A DNA stretch of 64,000 nucleotides, from the NCBI RefSeq assembly GCF_000315625.1, contig NW_005434636.1, positions 207,298-271,297 of the forward strand, in the 5' to 3' direction. The DNA is from Guillardia theta CCMP2712. Its lineage: Eukaryota; Protista; Cryptophyta. The position numbers and the translations under genes were made by a program. Numbering within the stretch: the first letter of the stretch is position 1; each line of letters starts with the position of its first letter. The notes under the pieces were generated by a model. That model was given only the letters and a program-made list of their open reading frames with translations. It had not been told where the DNA came from and made no database searches. Shown one piece after another: positions 49,312 to 62,042 of the stretch.

Positions 49312-52300
49312 TCATTCCTGCATGCTCAATCCAAGTTTCGACTCGAGCCATCGGATCTGAGCTTCTTGGCCTACCAGCAGCCATCACACGCTCCTCCTCC
49401 TCCTCCTCCTCTTCCTCCTCCTCCCGCTCACCTTGTATCCTCACTCTGTCCCACTCCCTGTACGGGACCCGCACGCATCGAACTCCGAGCGCATGCAGAC
49501 AGAAAGTCTTGAGCGATGTAGAGCCGTCCACTTGCTCCGTGCCTGCGATTTCCCACCTTATTTTTCTCCTCCCTTCCCTTCCCTTCCCTTCCCTTCCCTT
49601 CCCTTCCCTTCCCTTCCCTTCCCTTCCCTTCCCTTCCCTTCCCTTCCCTTCCCTTCCCTTCCCTTCCCTTCCCTTCCCTTCCCTTCCCTTCCCTCCTCTC
49701 TCTCTTCTCCTCCCCTGTCTCCTCCTCTCATCTTCTCGTCCTGCTGCCCACCAGTCTCGAGGTCAACGACGTAGTGGGTGGGCCCATCAAACTCGATGCA
49801 GGTGTTCAGCTCTGAGGCTAGTCAGAAGTTTGACAAGCTGGGAAGCGACACCTGCCTGGCATCCAAATGTCCACCGTGTACCCCGAGTCCTCCAGCACGT
49901 GCTCCTCCTCCACGCTCCCGAGACGTCTTGCGCAGCGAGCGAGGGACTGGAGAGGTGAGAGGAGATGAGACGAGGCAACATGCATAGATGAGCCAAGAAG
50001 AGGGGAGGAGAGAAGAAGACAGCAAAGCAGCGACAGGAAGAGGAGAGGGAAGGAGTGATATCGCAATTACCGCTTGCGAGTCAGAGACTGAGTTGACATC
50101 TGAAGATGTTCTCATGAAGAAATCCTTGCACTCTTCCCTGCAAACTTCGATCAGCGTTTCGCCGCCTTCCCCCCCTCCCTCCGGCTCCAAGGGTGAGAAA
50201 GGTTTTACTTGAGCCTTTCACAATCTGGCACGCAACATCATCATCTGCTCTCCTCACATGCCATGTGCTCACCTGAGATGATCGCCGAGTCCTCCCCTTG
50301 CAGCAATGTCGACAGCTCTTCCCCAACAGCAGAGAGACTCAGGAAGAACAGGTGAAGCTGATACTTGTCTGACTTGTCTAACCTGCCATGTCAATTCAGC
50401 CCTCACTGCTTCCTCCTCCTCCTCCCCTTCTTGTCTGCCAGTCCCGAGACCCCCAAAGCTGTTCTCAGCTAATGACATAGCTCTTCCTTCCACATTACCC
50501 CCCCCTCCCTTCCTCCTCCCTGGCGCCCTATCCCTCCCATCCTCCAATCTCCTTTGCCTTTCTCCTCTTCCTTCCTCCTCCAAAACCTCTGCTTCTCTCT
50601 TATCATCAGTCGCAAAATGTGAGCACACAAGGGAGCATCTGGTATTCTGGCAAGCAAGTCAGCACGTCTTGCACAGAGAGGAGGAGAAGGTATCGAGATG
50701 GACTAGGAAGAGAGCAGAGGAAAGAAGGGACAAGAGCGGCGAAGAGAAGACGGTAGAGAAAGGACGGGAGCAAACGAGAACCACTGAATCTGCCGGAGGG
50801 AAGCAAACGAGAGAGAAGCAGGAAGATCCACATGGATGGAAGGGAGAGCAAGGGAGGGAGGGAGGGAGGGAGGGAGGGAGGGAGGGAGGGAGGGAGGGAG
50901 GGAGGGAGGGAGGGAGGGAGGGAGGGAGGGAGCCGGGGGTTCAGAGGGAAGGGGCAGCACCTGAACACAGCGTGGGACCAGAGCAGGTTGCAGCAAGTCT
51001 GCATGTTCACATGCTGGTCGGGGAGGGAGAGGAAGAGGTCGTCGAGCTGGAGGAGCAGGTCGGTGCGGAGGAAGTTGACTTGCGCGAAGGAGGAGAGGAC
51101 GGAGGAGATGGAGAGCGAGTTGGCTCGAATCTTCTCGTTCTTGCTCATGGCAATGACTCTCTTGCCCAGCATGTAGAAGGTCTAAATGTAACTCAGAACG
51201 CCATCCGTACTTCCTCCCTCCGATCCCATTCCTCCTCCCTTCCCCTTCTCCCTGCTTCTCATTCCTTTATCCTCTTCCTGCACATTTACCTATCCTTCCC
51301 CGCCTGCTGCCTGCTTGAATCTGACAACTCCCTCTTCTGCCCCCTTCCCTCTCTCGCGCTTTCCAGTCCTCATTTTCTCGCACCTTGCTATGAAAGACCC
51401 TCATCTTTGCCATGGAGCTCAAGACATTCGCAACGTCTTGCCCAAAAGCTGATTCAAGATTCCTCTCCATGACGAAATGATTCATCAGCTTGCTCACGAG
51501 CTCCAAGTTTGTGTACCCTGGGCAACAAAAGATCGCCCCATCAGCTCAAAAGCGCAAACTCAAACAGCACACACCCAGCTGGGAAAAAGACCACATGATG
51601 GTAGCAATGTCTCTGGACCTCATGCTGGACAACAAGGAGCTTCGATCCATCTGCTCCACAAGACGTTGGAAAACCTGTCGATCTGCAATCTTCATCTTTG
51701 CCGATGACCAGATGACAGTAGCGATGTCCTGATAACAAACGATGAGTGAAGCCCCAAAGCAAAGGTCTGCTGTTGTCATGAGTGAATGTCTCACTTGTGA
51801 GTTGCAAGCAAACAACATCTCCTTTGTTAACAATGCGGTGCCGATGTGGAAAAACATGATCATCCTCTTCTTCAAGATTTCAAAGTCGCTGTCAAGAATC
51901 TGATCAAACAATGTTCAGAGGCTGACGTTTCATGTCGGTTTCGAAAACCTTTCCAATCTTTCCAACGTCAAGGCTGCGGCAACACTTGGCGTCAAAACCA
52001 TCTTCATAGTAGACAACATAGCTTCCATCCATATCTCCTGCAAGACAAGGAATCAGCGTCAACAACCACCTCTTCGATACTGCACCTTCACCCCCGATAA
52101 CCCCAAATCGAGGAACCTTGCTTTCTATCTGCACAACAACCATTTCGCCCCTCTCGAACTCTCTTGCCATGTAGCTGTAGTCCTCCTCCAATCTCCATGT
52201 GTGGGGAATTTCCATCCCAACCTATCACAGAAATCATCCAGCAGCGATGATCAACATTCGTCATCACCCTTGATTTCTCTTCCATGAGGAATTCCTTCCG

Positions 52301-53802
52301 GTTAAGAGGAAAACTTGCGAGAGCATTGAGAGAAAGCGCAACATGTCTTGACAACACAATCACTGAGATGAAACGCGATACAAGAGGCACAAACAAACAA
52401 CCTCGGCTCCAGGTCGTTCACGGCGTCACTGATCAAAGATGCAATCCTGACGACGAGCTGCTGGACTTGTTGAACATCTCGAAAGCCCTTGGCCTGCAAT
52501 GGCAGCTCTACAAGGCATCCTACAATAAGTTGACAACACCTGCCATTGCAGCCGCTTGAGGTTGTTGAGACATAGCGCCAAGTCTGTTGCAACAATGACA
52601 TCTCCTTCGATGCTCTTTGACTGCAAAGACAGTCAGCAACACCAAGATCAAATTCCATGACCAAGCACCAGGATGTCGACAAGTTCTTTGAGGTTTGATA
52701 TCTTGCTCAAGTTGTAAGTTATTCTCTTCTTCTTGGTCTTGCTTGAGATCTGAGCCTCTCTACACCAATGATCAGACGATAAGCACGTCGATGTCAAGCA
52801 AACCGGGATCGAAGAATGTTTGTCGGAACGTTGTACTGAAATTCTCGGAGGAGTTTCATAACATCGTCAGCTTGATCCTTTGCCATGATGGCTTCATCGA
52901 TGAGAGCATGTTGTGAGATGATCTTCTTGAAGTCCGCGGACTTGTCCTCGAGCTCTTGTATGATATCTTTCAGTCGCAACTGCACTTGCTCAATGTATCT
53001 GAGGTCATCATTATCAGGGTTTGCAATCCCGAGGAGCCTCCTTGCTTCTTTGATCTGAATGTCTGATTCGAAGATCGCCTCCTTGAGATCTTCAGTCACA
53101 ACCGCTGACCGGTCCGTCAGCTCACTGCCCCCAACTGCCTGCGGAGCGTGGGGGGGCATGCTCGAGATATTGAGGGCACCATCGTCGAACTTGGCTACCG
53201 GTCTCTTGGACCCAAGATCAACGGGCAGGTTGTACTGGATAGCCCGCAAGTGCTCCATCATATCATCTAGACTGTTTCCCAGTCCCTGTGAGCTCTGTTC
53301 CGCCTCCCATCGCCCAGCAAGAGACTCCAGCGCTCGAAGTCGCATCGTGACCTCGTCCTTCGTGATCACCTGTGAAGAAGCATCACTCCTTGAGAACATC
53401 GTGGACCATCTCAACCTCGGATGCTAGCAGAGATCGAGACCTCTCGAGTTCTTGCTCGATCTCACACTTAAGATCGTCCGTCCCGTCGTGGCCGGAGGAT
53501 CTTGACTTGGTGAACATACCAGGGATGATTCTGTGATGGTGCCTGGCGGGTGTATAAAGTCATGGGTCTGCGGGAGTGACAATCGAGACATGCACACACC
53601 TGTTGTTTCCGCGTTTGAAGTCGTTGAAGGCAAAATGAGAAACATGGCAGTGCTGCAAGTTCGAGAAGATACTGGTGGAAGGAGGAGAGCTCGTGAAGAG
53701 AAGCTCTTTGACGATCTGGAATACAATCGGAGTGGAAGGATCAAGACGGCAGAACCATGTGAGGACGAACAAGAGTGTTTTCAGTGACGCGAACCCTTCC
53801 AT
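49312..53802 (-). CDS. RAP-domain protein with OPR/FASTK-like helical repeats (probable organellar RNA-processing factor), multi-exon; 5' end uncertain
   Basis: RAP: EEHVLEDSGYTVDIWMP...IEFDGPTHY...DGSTSLKTFCLHALGVRCVRVPYREWD; repeats QDIATVIWSSAKM, RDIATIMWSFSQL, QDVANVLSSMAKM, TCCNLLWSHAVF. A 49-nt intron near 51903..51951 links it to upstream exons. Confidence 0.75.
49570..49693. repeat. (CCCTT)n intronic microsatellite
   Basis: About 25 pentamer units. Confidence 0.9.
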
Positions 53803-54425
53803 TGCGATTCAGGCGATTACAGTGTGCTGTCGATACTGACCGAGCTTCATCTCATTTCACATGGTGCCCTCTCATCAGTTCTGAACCTAGATACCTATCT
53901 CTTCCTCTCCTCTCCTCTCCTCTCCTCTCCTCTCCTCTCCTCTCCTCTCCTCTTCTACATCGGTCTGACAGCATTGTTTCACACTTTGTCTGGTCGATTT
54001 CACGTCCGCAATGCACCCTCTCATCCCCCTCATTCACAGGTAACGTGATGGCGGTCCAGATCCAGACCGCCGCATCCTATGTCTTCTGCCGCATCGGTGG
54101 GTCTGGATGGCGGTGTGAGCCACAAGTGCGACCCTCTCAGCTCCAAGTTTAATGATCGCCTGATGCACGCCTTCCTCTAGGCTCCGCAGTTACCAGTCGC
54201 TTCCTGCCGCCACTTCCCTCCGAGGCTTCTATCCTCAGCTTCCCGTCCACATACTTCCCTGTAGCTGCCTCCTCAAACGCTCTCCTGTGCTTGTCTCCTT
54301 CGCCCCTGGCAAGCTTCTTAGTCCTCCTCCTCTTCATCTTCCCCTCCTCATGTCTTGCCTTGCTTGAAAGAACCGGCAGTAGCTCCTTCCATCCCTCGAG
54401 TACACGTCCACAAATGGCCATCCAT

Positions 54426-56925
54426 CTACGGCCAACCCTCCTCCTTGCTCAGCTTCTCGATCGCCTTGTCAATCTGCTCAGGACAGGTAGAGCCGAAGGG
54501 GTCGCCTGCTAGAGCAGCGGAGAAGCAGGCGACCCCTCGGCCCTCCTCCAGCACCCTGAGGTAGACGTGGCTCGAGTCATATAGCAGAACTGGCACTCCC
54601 TCGGCTCTCGCTTGCATGATGCTCGACGAGGGTTCAGACTGCCCGCTGAGAGAACTCGAAGCGCTCGTACCACGACACCTTCACCAACTCTTGTCTTCCC
54701 TCCCCCCCCATCGCCCTGTCGGGTCCGCGGCTCTAGGTCAAGCAATGCTTGCTCACAAACATGTCCGATGATCTCAGACGAGACGCCCTGCTGTCCTCGA
54801 CTCTCTCGCCACCTTCACTGGGCAACGACACTGAGATTGATCGCAGTCTTCGTCTCTGCACCAGTCGGCCGTAGAGCTCTTGAGGGCTTCGGAGGCCTAC
54901 CTTACTTATATACTTGCCGACTACGATGCAATCTGAGGCAGAGAGCTCCCTGGCCTGCTTGGTTGACTCATCTCCTGTCATCCCAGTGGAGCTCGCCGGC
55001 TGATCTCTGACATTGCCTGTGGGGCTAGCAGGCTGATGTCTCATCTTGAGCGTAGTCGTCTGATGTCTCAAGTCAGTCGTAGAGCTTGTCGGCTGATCTC
55101 TTGGCTTAGCAGAAGGACTTGTGGGCGGGTCTCTTGACTTGATTGTAGGACTGGCAGGCTGATCTCTTATCTTCAGCAAGGGCAGTTGATCTCTCAAGTT
55201 GGTGGTAGAGATTGTCAGTGGAGCTCTCGACTTGTTCGTAGGACTTGTAGGCGGTTCGCTGGGCTTAGTAGATGGATTTGCAGGCTGATCTCTTGATCTT
55301 GGTCTAGGAATTATTTGCTGATCTCCCTTCTTGGTTGCCATCGCCATCATCTGCTTCTGCATCGTCCTCAGCATCTCACTCTGCCCGTGCATTGACGTCT
55401 GCAACTGCTCCACTGCCTCGGCAAGGCGAAGGATGAGAGGTTGGTGCGGGTCAACGCTGGGAGACTTGGTTTCAAGGTTGTCGATGAAGGTTTCAATCCT
55501 CTCAACACTGGCCGACAAACGACCTTTGGTTTGTTCCGTATCCCCACCATCTTCTTCCAGTTGAAGAAGGCTCTGTAGACAGGGGAGTTGAGAAGCATTG
55601 TCAACACTTCCCTCTTTGACTTGCGGTGCTGATGCTTGCGCGACTTGAAGATCGGATTATGAATCTTGTCAACAGACAACAACAGAGATTTGATTGCAAA
55701 CAGCACGTCGTAGTTGAACTCCTGAGCCTCATTCTTGATCGCCATTGCAATCTGCCTTTCACATTAGCCGTGTTGCTCCCCTACCCTGCTGTCACCTACC
55801 TTGCGATGCACGTAGTTCGACATCTGTGTTAGCATCACCGTCTCAAACTCTTCAGGCCCCAGCTCCCCTTGCGAGTTTAGCAGCTTCCGCGAGTCTGTGA
55901 CGCTATCGAACTCTTCCTGTGTGAGCTTCAATTTGAGCTTCTGCAGAGCCTTCTTGTCAGCTCCCTCTGTCGCCGCTCACTTCGCTCACCTTCAGGCCGA
56001 TGTTGAGCTCCTCCAGGTTGACCGCCCCAGACTCGTCAAGGTCCATCTTCTGCTTGATCGCGTCAGCTGGAGGGCAGCTGGAGGTTGATTGTCCTTCTTT
56101 GACCTGATAGAGCTAGAAGATCTTCGTCGAGAGCTCTTCTAGCGTCGCAAAGTACATCAAGCTTGTCACCAGCGGGTCTAAGGGGCCTCTCGTGCGAAAT
56201 TGTTGCACCAGTCCCATCTGAGAAGGCGTCAGGATTTCACGTTGATGTCATACTAGAGCTCACAATCTTCTCCTGATGCCTTGCGTTCCTCTCGTTCCTT
56301 TCCCGCTCCACAGTGGAGATAAACTCGTCCAGCAGCACAGCCACGACTATGTTCATCAGCACCTGGAAGTCTTGTCACTGCTCTTCTTCCGGCCTCCTAC
56401 CACTTACCACGTTCACGATGAGCATGTAGACCACGAAGTACAGCCCGGTCTAAGTTATCTAAAGGTCACATAAAGTCAACACCTCCCCCTCTCCTTAGAC
56501 ACTTTCGCTGTCACTAAAGAGAGTTCGAGTGACGCTCGAGGCCCAAGAGTCCCCTGTTGCCATCTGAAACAAGGTGAACATGTACCGGAGGAAGTTTCCG
56601 AAGAACTTTTCGCTCTGTGCGGCGAAAAGTCTCGTTGCAATGATGGCAAAGATTGATGTGATGATGAGTAAGATGCAGAATGCGCTGCAGCAGCACCGGA
56701 TGAGGACAGGGCGTTGATGAGAATGCGAAACGAGTTCAACATCCTGCCACACATACCGTCACTTTCCAAGCAGACACTCGAGGTAAGTCGCCATTCACCG
56801 GAACAGGCGCATCATTTTAAAGATGCGGGTCAGCCGCATGGCGCTCAGTCCTGGTACTCCTTGTATGATCTCAGACATCAAAGTGACGAGCACGACCGCA
56901 AAGTCTTGAACCATCCAAACCATAC
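54426..56925 (-). pseudogene. Disrupted single-domain voltage-gated cation channel (EukCat/BacNav-like) with EF-hands
   Basis: S3-S4 DFAVVLVTL...AMRLTRIFKMMRLFR; S5 AFCILLIITSIFAIIA; pore FTLFQMATGDSWAS; S6 YMLIVNVV-LMNIVVAVLLDEF; EF-hand DLDESGAVNLEEL. Lesions: frameshift near 56700, in-frame TAG at 56113..56115, probable frameshift near 55540; no S1/S2 seen upstream. Confidence 0.75.
54985..55295 (-). repeat. Degenerate 33-bp coding repeat (RDQPASPTxKS) in the channel tail
   Basis: Recurrent RDQP/RDPP/RHQP units in ORF 54733..55518. Confidence 0.7.
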
Positions 56926-57438
56926 CTCCGATTAGTGACTATCAACACAGTTTCCCCTCTCTTCCACCTAAGATGTACGGGACCCAAGACTTTTAGCCCC
57001 CCTGGGGGTACCCCGCAATGACTTTTTGTACGGCAAAGCGAGTAAAGCACTCTTTGATTTTACTCATCGACCAGACCGTTCCCGTACGGTAGTGTCCGAT
57101 TCGTGAATGGGGAATAGGCGTAGCTGGCAACTGAACAGACGTAGCAGACATTCGGGCCCGGCGCCCGCGCCTGAGTTTCATGATCGGATGATCGAACGTA
57201 CCCGGCGTACGGTGGCAACTTATTAGTAGTCACCTGATTGTCCTCGTACTCCGAGGCTGAGAGTCTCAGCCTCTGGGCCGCGGTATCCGACAAAAGACAG
57301 ATTACTGCCTGTCATCAGCAGTACCGGTACTAGATTTAACTTAACTTTGAGATGACGCCATGCGTTGTTGGTGGCGGACAAGAGGCCATCATTTCCGAGT
57401 TGATCATTCCCGAGGCTTCATCGCCCGGACTGAGCCCA

Positions 57439-57627
57439 GGACTACTAGGGGTGGGTCCATGGTGATGAAGGTCGTACAGGGGACTGTGACTCAGGGGGAC
57501 TACTAGGGGTGGGTCCATGGTGATAAAGGCTTGGGACACCCCTACGGACTAGGGGTGGGTCCATGGCGAGCGATGGAGGGACTAGGGGTGAGTCCATGTT
57601 GTTGGGAGCGACTGGGGGTAGGGGTCT
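57439..57627. repeat. Intergenic direct repeats GGAC(TAC)TAGGGGTGGGTCCATGG, 4 copies plus 1 degenerate
   Basis: Copies at about 57439, 57497, 57546, 57579 and 57610. Confidence 0.85.
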
Positions 57628-58505
57628 ACACGGCAAGCCATAGACTTCAGGCTTCTCCGAAAAAGAGTATTTTCAGGTTTTTTCCTCTGGGTAGGGTAGG
57701 GACTTTGGGACCGGTAGTAACGGATCACCGGCATGTCCGACCGGCGGGTGTTAGGATTAAATTGGGTGGTTCCTTGGAGTACTGAGGGGTGGGGGTGGGG
57801 GTGGGGGTTGGGTGGTGTGCCAGTAAACTCAGAGAGTGGATGAATCATCGTAGTGGTGTCAAGGGGTTGAGGAGGGGGAGGGTGTCGAATCATGAGGGTG
57901 GATAGGGGTACCTGGAAGACCAGGCTAAGGATGAGCGGTTTTACTGGGTGGATGGGAAGTGAGCAAGGGGGTGGTAGAGGAGGATATCTGAAGCATGCCT
58001 TTGAAGGAGGGGTGGGTGACCAGTACGTGGGGTGGCTGGGGACGGGGGTTCAGAGGAGTGGTAGTGGCGTAGAAACCTAGAGGCCTTGGGAGGAATCAAA
58101 GGCGACCGGTCAAGGGAAGAGGAAGGAGAAGAGCTGCGAGTCAAAGACCAGGGTCAGCAAGGAAGACAGCTGCAACAGAGAACAGAGACTGTTGTCATCG
58201 ATAGCTTCAACGCAGCTGGCTTTGCTCATGAAACTAGACTTGAGTGTTCGGACAAATCCAAGCTGCCTCATGCAAGTCTTTGTACAGCTACAAGTTGCAT
58301 AGCGCTGCTCAAGGGAACTCCTGTTCGAAGAAATACATGGCACTTATGTCGCCAGATCGTTCTCACTGCTTGAGATTCAGCATTCTGAGTGATCGGGATG
58401 GCTCAAGCTCATTGGTTCCACTCTATCTGCTCAATGACGAGCATCGACACAAAGAGAAACCCTTGATCACCTGGAAGGAGCAGGTTATTCTCATCCCTTG
58501 CATGA

Positions 58506-60713
58506 ATGATAGATGTTGCCAACCTCCTGACTGTTTTGCAGTTAAAAATAAGGGGCGGGAGACAACGATTTTGTAAAAATCCACATCCAAAAAATCACAG
58601 TCAAGATTGGAAGGAAACAGAATCAAACCATGAAGATGTTGTAAGCGCGATGCATATACAAACCAACTCGTCGATGTTGTCCAGGGAAGGCACGAAGCAA
58701 GATGACAGCGTTCATGAGCTCTCACTTGGCGAGGAGTTCAACCGAGCTTCACCTCTATCACGGCGAACTCGCGAGTTGTCCATGGTTCCGAAGCTCAAGT
58801 TGGTTCCGTTCTCCCACACTCAGATCAGCAGCAATGTCAAGAAGATTGAGATGCTGCCAGACTTGAACAAGGTCTCTGAGATCTGCGTCGTCGGGTCTCC
58901 AAGAGTGTCCCCTCGCCGAGAGATGGTGGATGCTCGACATGCGCCATTAACTGAAAGGCACTCTCATCGATCAATGCAGCCTCGTACTCCAGGCGAAACA
59001 AAACCGTGCTCTCAATATGATGAGAATGAAACACCCCTCAACAAAGGCTTCTTGACTACAAGACAGTATCTTACGGCATGTTCTCCGCGAAATGTTCAAG
59101 TTGATGCAAGGAAAGGCTTGTTCAAAGTTCAGCCTCCTAAGAATTCCCTTCAGCCTGGAATGGCCTTTCCTCGTTGTTTCGACTCACACCGTTACGCTCA
59201 ATCGGATTCCAGCAATTCCATAGAGCCCTTTCGTGATGCTGGATTGAGCAGAGCTGGCTCAAAGTCATGGAGTGGCTCTCAGCTAAAGAGAAAGCAAACC
59301 ACACCATCTCCTAAGCGAGAGATTGTCTCCTGTCCAAACCTGCAAGACGTTGTTCTGAAGCCCAGCGCAGTCTACCTACCATCTTCGAGTCCTTTCAATG
59401 TGCCGAGTTCTGAAGATTCAACCTCCGATGAGGATTTGAGGTCTAATGCGAATTATTTCTTCCTGTACTACTTTTGGAAGATCGACGGATTTATGATCAC
59501 GTCGTTGCAGTCTGGTCTGCACAAGAGGATTTCAAATGGTTTTTGGAGTGAGTTGGAAGAAGCCCTTTCCTTGTCTGACGTCCAAGGGATTTGCTGTGAC
59601 CTGAACGAGAGGAGGGTTTCCTCGGAGAAACCTCTCAACGCGGCAAGCTCATCCAGAGCATGGATAAAGGAAGTCCCCATCAGTGTTCTCATGTTCTTTT
59701 ACAAGTTTAAAAACGATATTGAGAGTGTCCGAAGAGGAGGACGTCAAAATTTGTCAAATGATGGAAGGATTTCCCTGCTTCGGAAGTCAAAGGTGTTGTC
59801 GGATACAAGTTCGTACGGCTTCGTTCTCCGATGCCAATCGCTCGAAAACGGAGCGTTGAGCAATGGGGTCAGAAGTTATTTTGGCTTGATTTTGAAGCTC
59901 AAGAACATGTCCAGACAATTTTGTAACAGGAAATTCTCCGTTGTCAACTTCATGAGCATGTTCAAGACAATCAAGTCCCGAGAAGACAGTGAGGGGAGTT
60001 CTGAATCGAGCGACATCAAAGAGGATTACGAATTGTCTCTCATGGTTGAGAAGTATGCTCCTGGTGAAGACACGGAGTTGAACAAGAATATGCAGTACTC
60101 GCCTAACCTGTCACCGATGGGTCAAAGTCCTGACCAGTTGAGCAACCTCTCTATGTCTCCTGGACTTTGGGATTACGTCGTCGTAGAAGATTCGAGAAAG
60201 TCTCAGGGGCAGATGGACATTGACCTTTCCATCCAAAATGACAACAATCAGGCGTCAAGAAGTTCTCCTCCTCAGGAGCCTTCAGAGAAAGTCTCATTGC
60301 TCCCAAGTTTGCCGCTCCGACCAGAGAAGTGTACAAAACGATCGAAGATTGAAGTGTACGAAGGCGAGCATGTCCCGGCTGCAAGCTCACCAGCGAACAT
60401 CTTGTCGCCTGTTCGACCGGCAGGACCTCGTATCTCAATGTCGCCAAACGTTGTGGGCAGAAACGGTTCTCGCTGGGTCTCTGCTGAGAGTGGTAGTGTG
60501 AAGGGGAAGCGTGGGGAGCCTGGCCAGAGATGCTCGTCGTTTCCTGAGGATGCCATGGCAGCCGGATACAACGAGACGAGCTCACTTCCTCTAGACATCC
60601 TGAAGGAGGTAGAGCTGCGGAAATCTTCACGAGACGCTCTGCAGTCATGCAAGCAAAATGTTGTCACTCATCAGAAGGTATCGGGTTGGAGCATCAAGCT
60701 TGTCCAATCTTAG
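58506..60713 (+). CDS. Uncharacterised Ser/Pro-rich protein (735-codon ORF; true start uncertain)
   Basis: Long non-repetitive open frame; no family motif recognised. Confidence 0.65.
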   Translation: MIDVANLLTVLQLKIRGGRQRFCKNPHPKNHSQDWKETESNHEDVVSAMHIQTNSSMLSREGTKQDDSVHELSLGEEFNRASPLSRRTRELSMVPKLKLVPFSHTQISSNVKKIEMLPDLNKVSEICVVGSPRVSPRREMVDARHAPLTERHSHRSMQPRTPGETKPCSQYDENETPLNKGFLTTRQYLTACSPRNVQVDARKGLFKVQPPKNSLQPGMAFPRCFDSHRYAQSDSSNSIEPFRDAGLSRAGSKSWSGSQLKRKQTTPSPKREIVSCPNLQDVVLKPSAVYLPSSSPFNVPSSEDSTSDEDLRSNANYFFLYYFWKIDGFMITSLQSGLHKRISNGFWSELEEALSLSDVQGICCDLNERRVSSEKPLNAASSSRAWIKEVPISVLMFFYKFKNDIESVRRGGRQNLSNDGRISLLRKSKVLSDTSSYGFVLRCQSLENGALSNGVRSYFGLILKLKNMSRQFCNRKFSVVNFMSMFKTIKSREDSEGSSESSDIKEDYELSLMVEKYAPGEDTELNKNMQYSPNLSPMGQSPDQLSNLSMSPGLWDYVVVEDSRKSQGQMDIDLSIQNDNNQASRSSPPQEPSEKVSLLPSLPLRPEKCTKRSKIEVYEGEHVPAASSPANILSPVRPAGPRISMSPNVVGRNGSRWVSAESGSVKGKRGEPGQRCSSFPEDAMAAGYNETSSLPLDILKEVELRKSSRDALQSCKQNVVTHQKVSGWSIKLVQS

Positions 60714-61032
60714 ATGTAACAATAAATATGATTGTTAACCTGGTAAAAGTGTACAGCAGTAATGTCGATCGAAGAACTTGGCACTGCATGAAAAAACCAT
60801 TCATCATGTCAAGCAGAAACACCGAACAAGAAGTTTGATCTTGTCATTGTTCTTTACAAAAAATATTCGAGGTGCAAGTGATAGCAAGAAAGCTATCAGT
60901 TCTAGTGTTCACAATCTGATTCATCCGTCAGAGCTCTTCGATGAGCTACGTTAAAATTCATCGGCTACACGGGATTACTCCAAATTCCTGCCAACGCTCT
61001 AAGCACACTGTCCGAAGCATCAACCAATGCAC

Positions 61033-62042
61033 TTACATCGAATGGCCCTGCCAAGGCCAGTGTGAAACGACGATTCCAGGAAGCTTCTCTACCTCTGAGC
61101 ACATCTGCGACATGGCCTTGTATGTGTCGGTCTTACAAGCCTTCAGGTTGTAGCTCTTATCAAAGTAGACAGTCTGATCTTCTCTGTTGATCCGCGAGTT
61201 GGCGGACATCTTGCAAGTATGTGAAAGAGATTCGAACTTGTAGCACAAATCACGCGCAGCTTTCCTCTGGCACTTCTCAACCATCTTTTCATCCTCTTCA
61301 AAACCATCTTGACAGTCTTTCAGGCTCATTCCCGTCCGTTTGAACAAGATGGTAAGCTGTTCCTCCATTTGTTCATCTGCTGATCGGTGGACTTGCTTGA
61401 GATTCCTCCAGTCGAGGTAGGCTTCCGATCCCTCCTTGTCGCAATCTCCTCTCAGCACACACGCTCTAGGCTGCATCTTGTACTTGTTCTTCTTGTTCAG
61501 CACTGGATCTCCAAAACTGAGACCAGGGCCAATTCCCTTTCTACCATTCGTAGGGAATGCAGAATGATAATACTCTTCTTTCGGCCCACTCTTTGCACTA
61601 GCGCTCAGTTTTGAACTTTTGTCGACATTTGCTAGCCCATTCTTGTCCCCAACAACTTCCATGGCTAGCCGTCTCTGCCAAAAGTGAAAATGTAAGACGT
61701 GAAATCAAGCATGAATCAACGTGGAGACACCGCGACGCAATGACGGAAAAAGATAAGAACAACAAGGAGCAAAGATGAAAATTTTCTATGTTGACGGAAA
61801 ATGATTGTAGGGAACACGCACGAAACAAATTCCATTCGTCATCACTCCCACTCTCTCACCGGATGCTGCATCAACTTGGAGACCAATGAGATCCTTTGCG
61901 TCAGATAGCTCTTGGTGGAGGCCTTGCTTGCCAGCATAGTTTTCTCTCCTCCATAAATCACGTGAAATGCCACCATATACACCGCTAGAATGGCCGCAAC
62001 GGCTGCAACCGCCGCCATTGTGATGATGTTCCTGTGCACCAT
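61033..62042 (-). CDS. Uncharacterised membrane-anchored or secreted Cys-containing protein, at least two exons
   Basis: N-terminal hydrophobic helix MAAVAAVAAILAVYMVAFHVI, then 209-aa ORF 61033..61662 with eight Cys. Confidence 0.6.

Noticed and set aside
53533-53787. Small plus-strand gene
   Set aside because: Short, no motif, and overlaps the likely 5' end of the minus-strand RAP gene
57439-57627. CRISPR array
   Set aside because: Only four clear repeats, spacer lengths unequal and short, no cas genes, eukaryotic context
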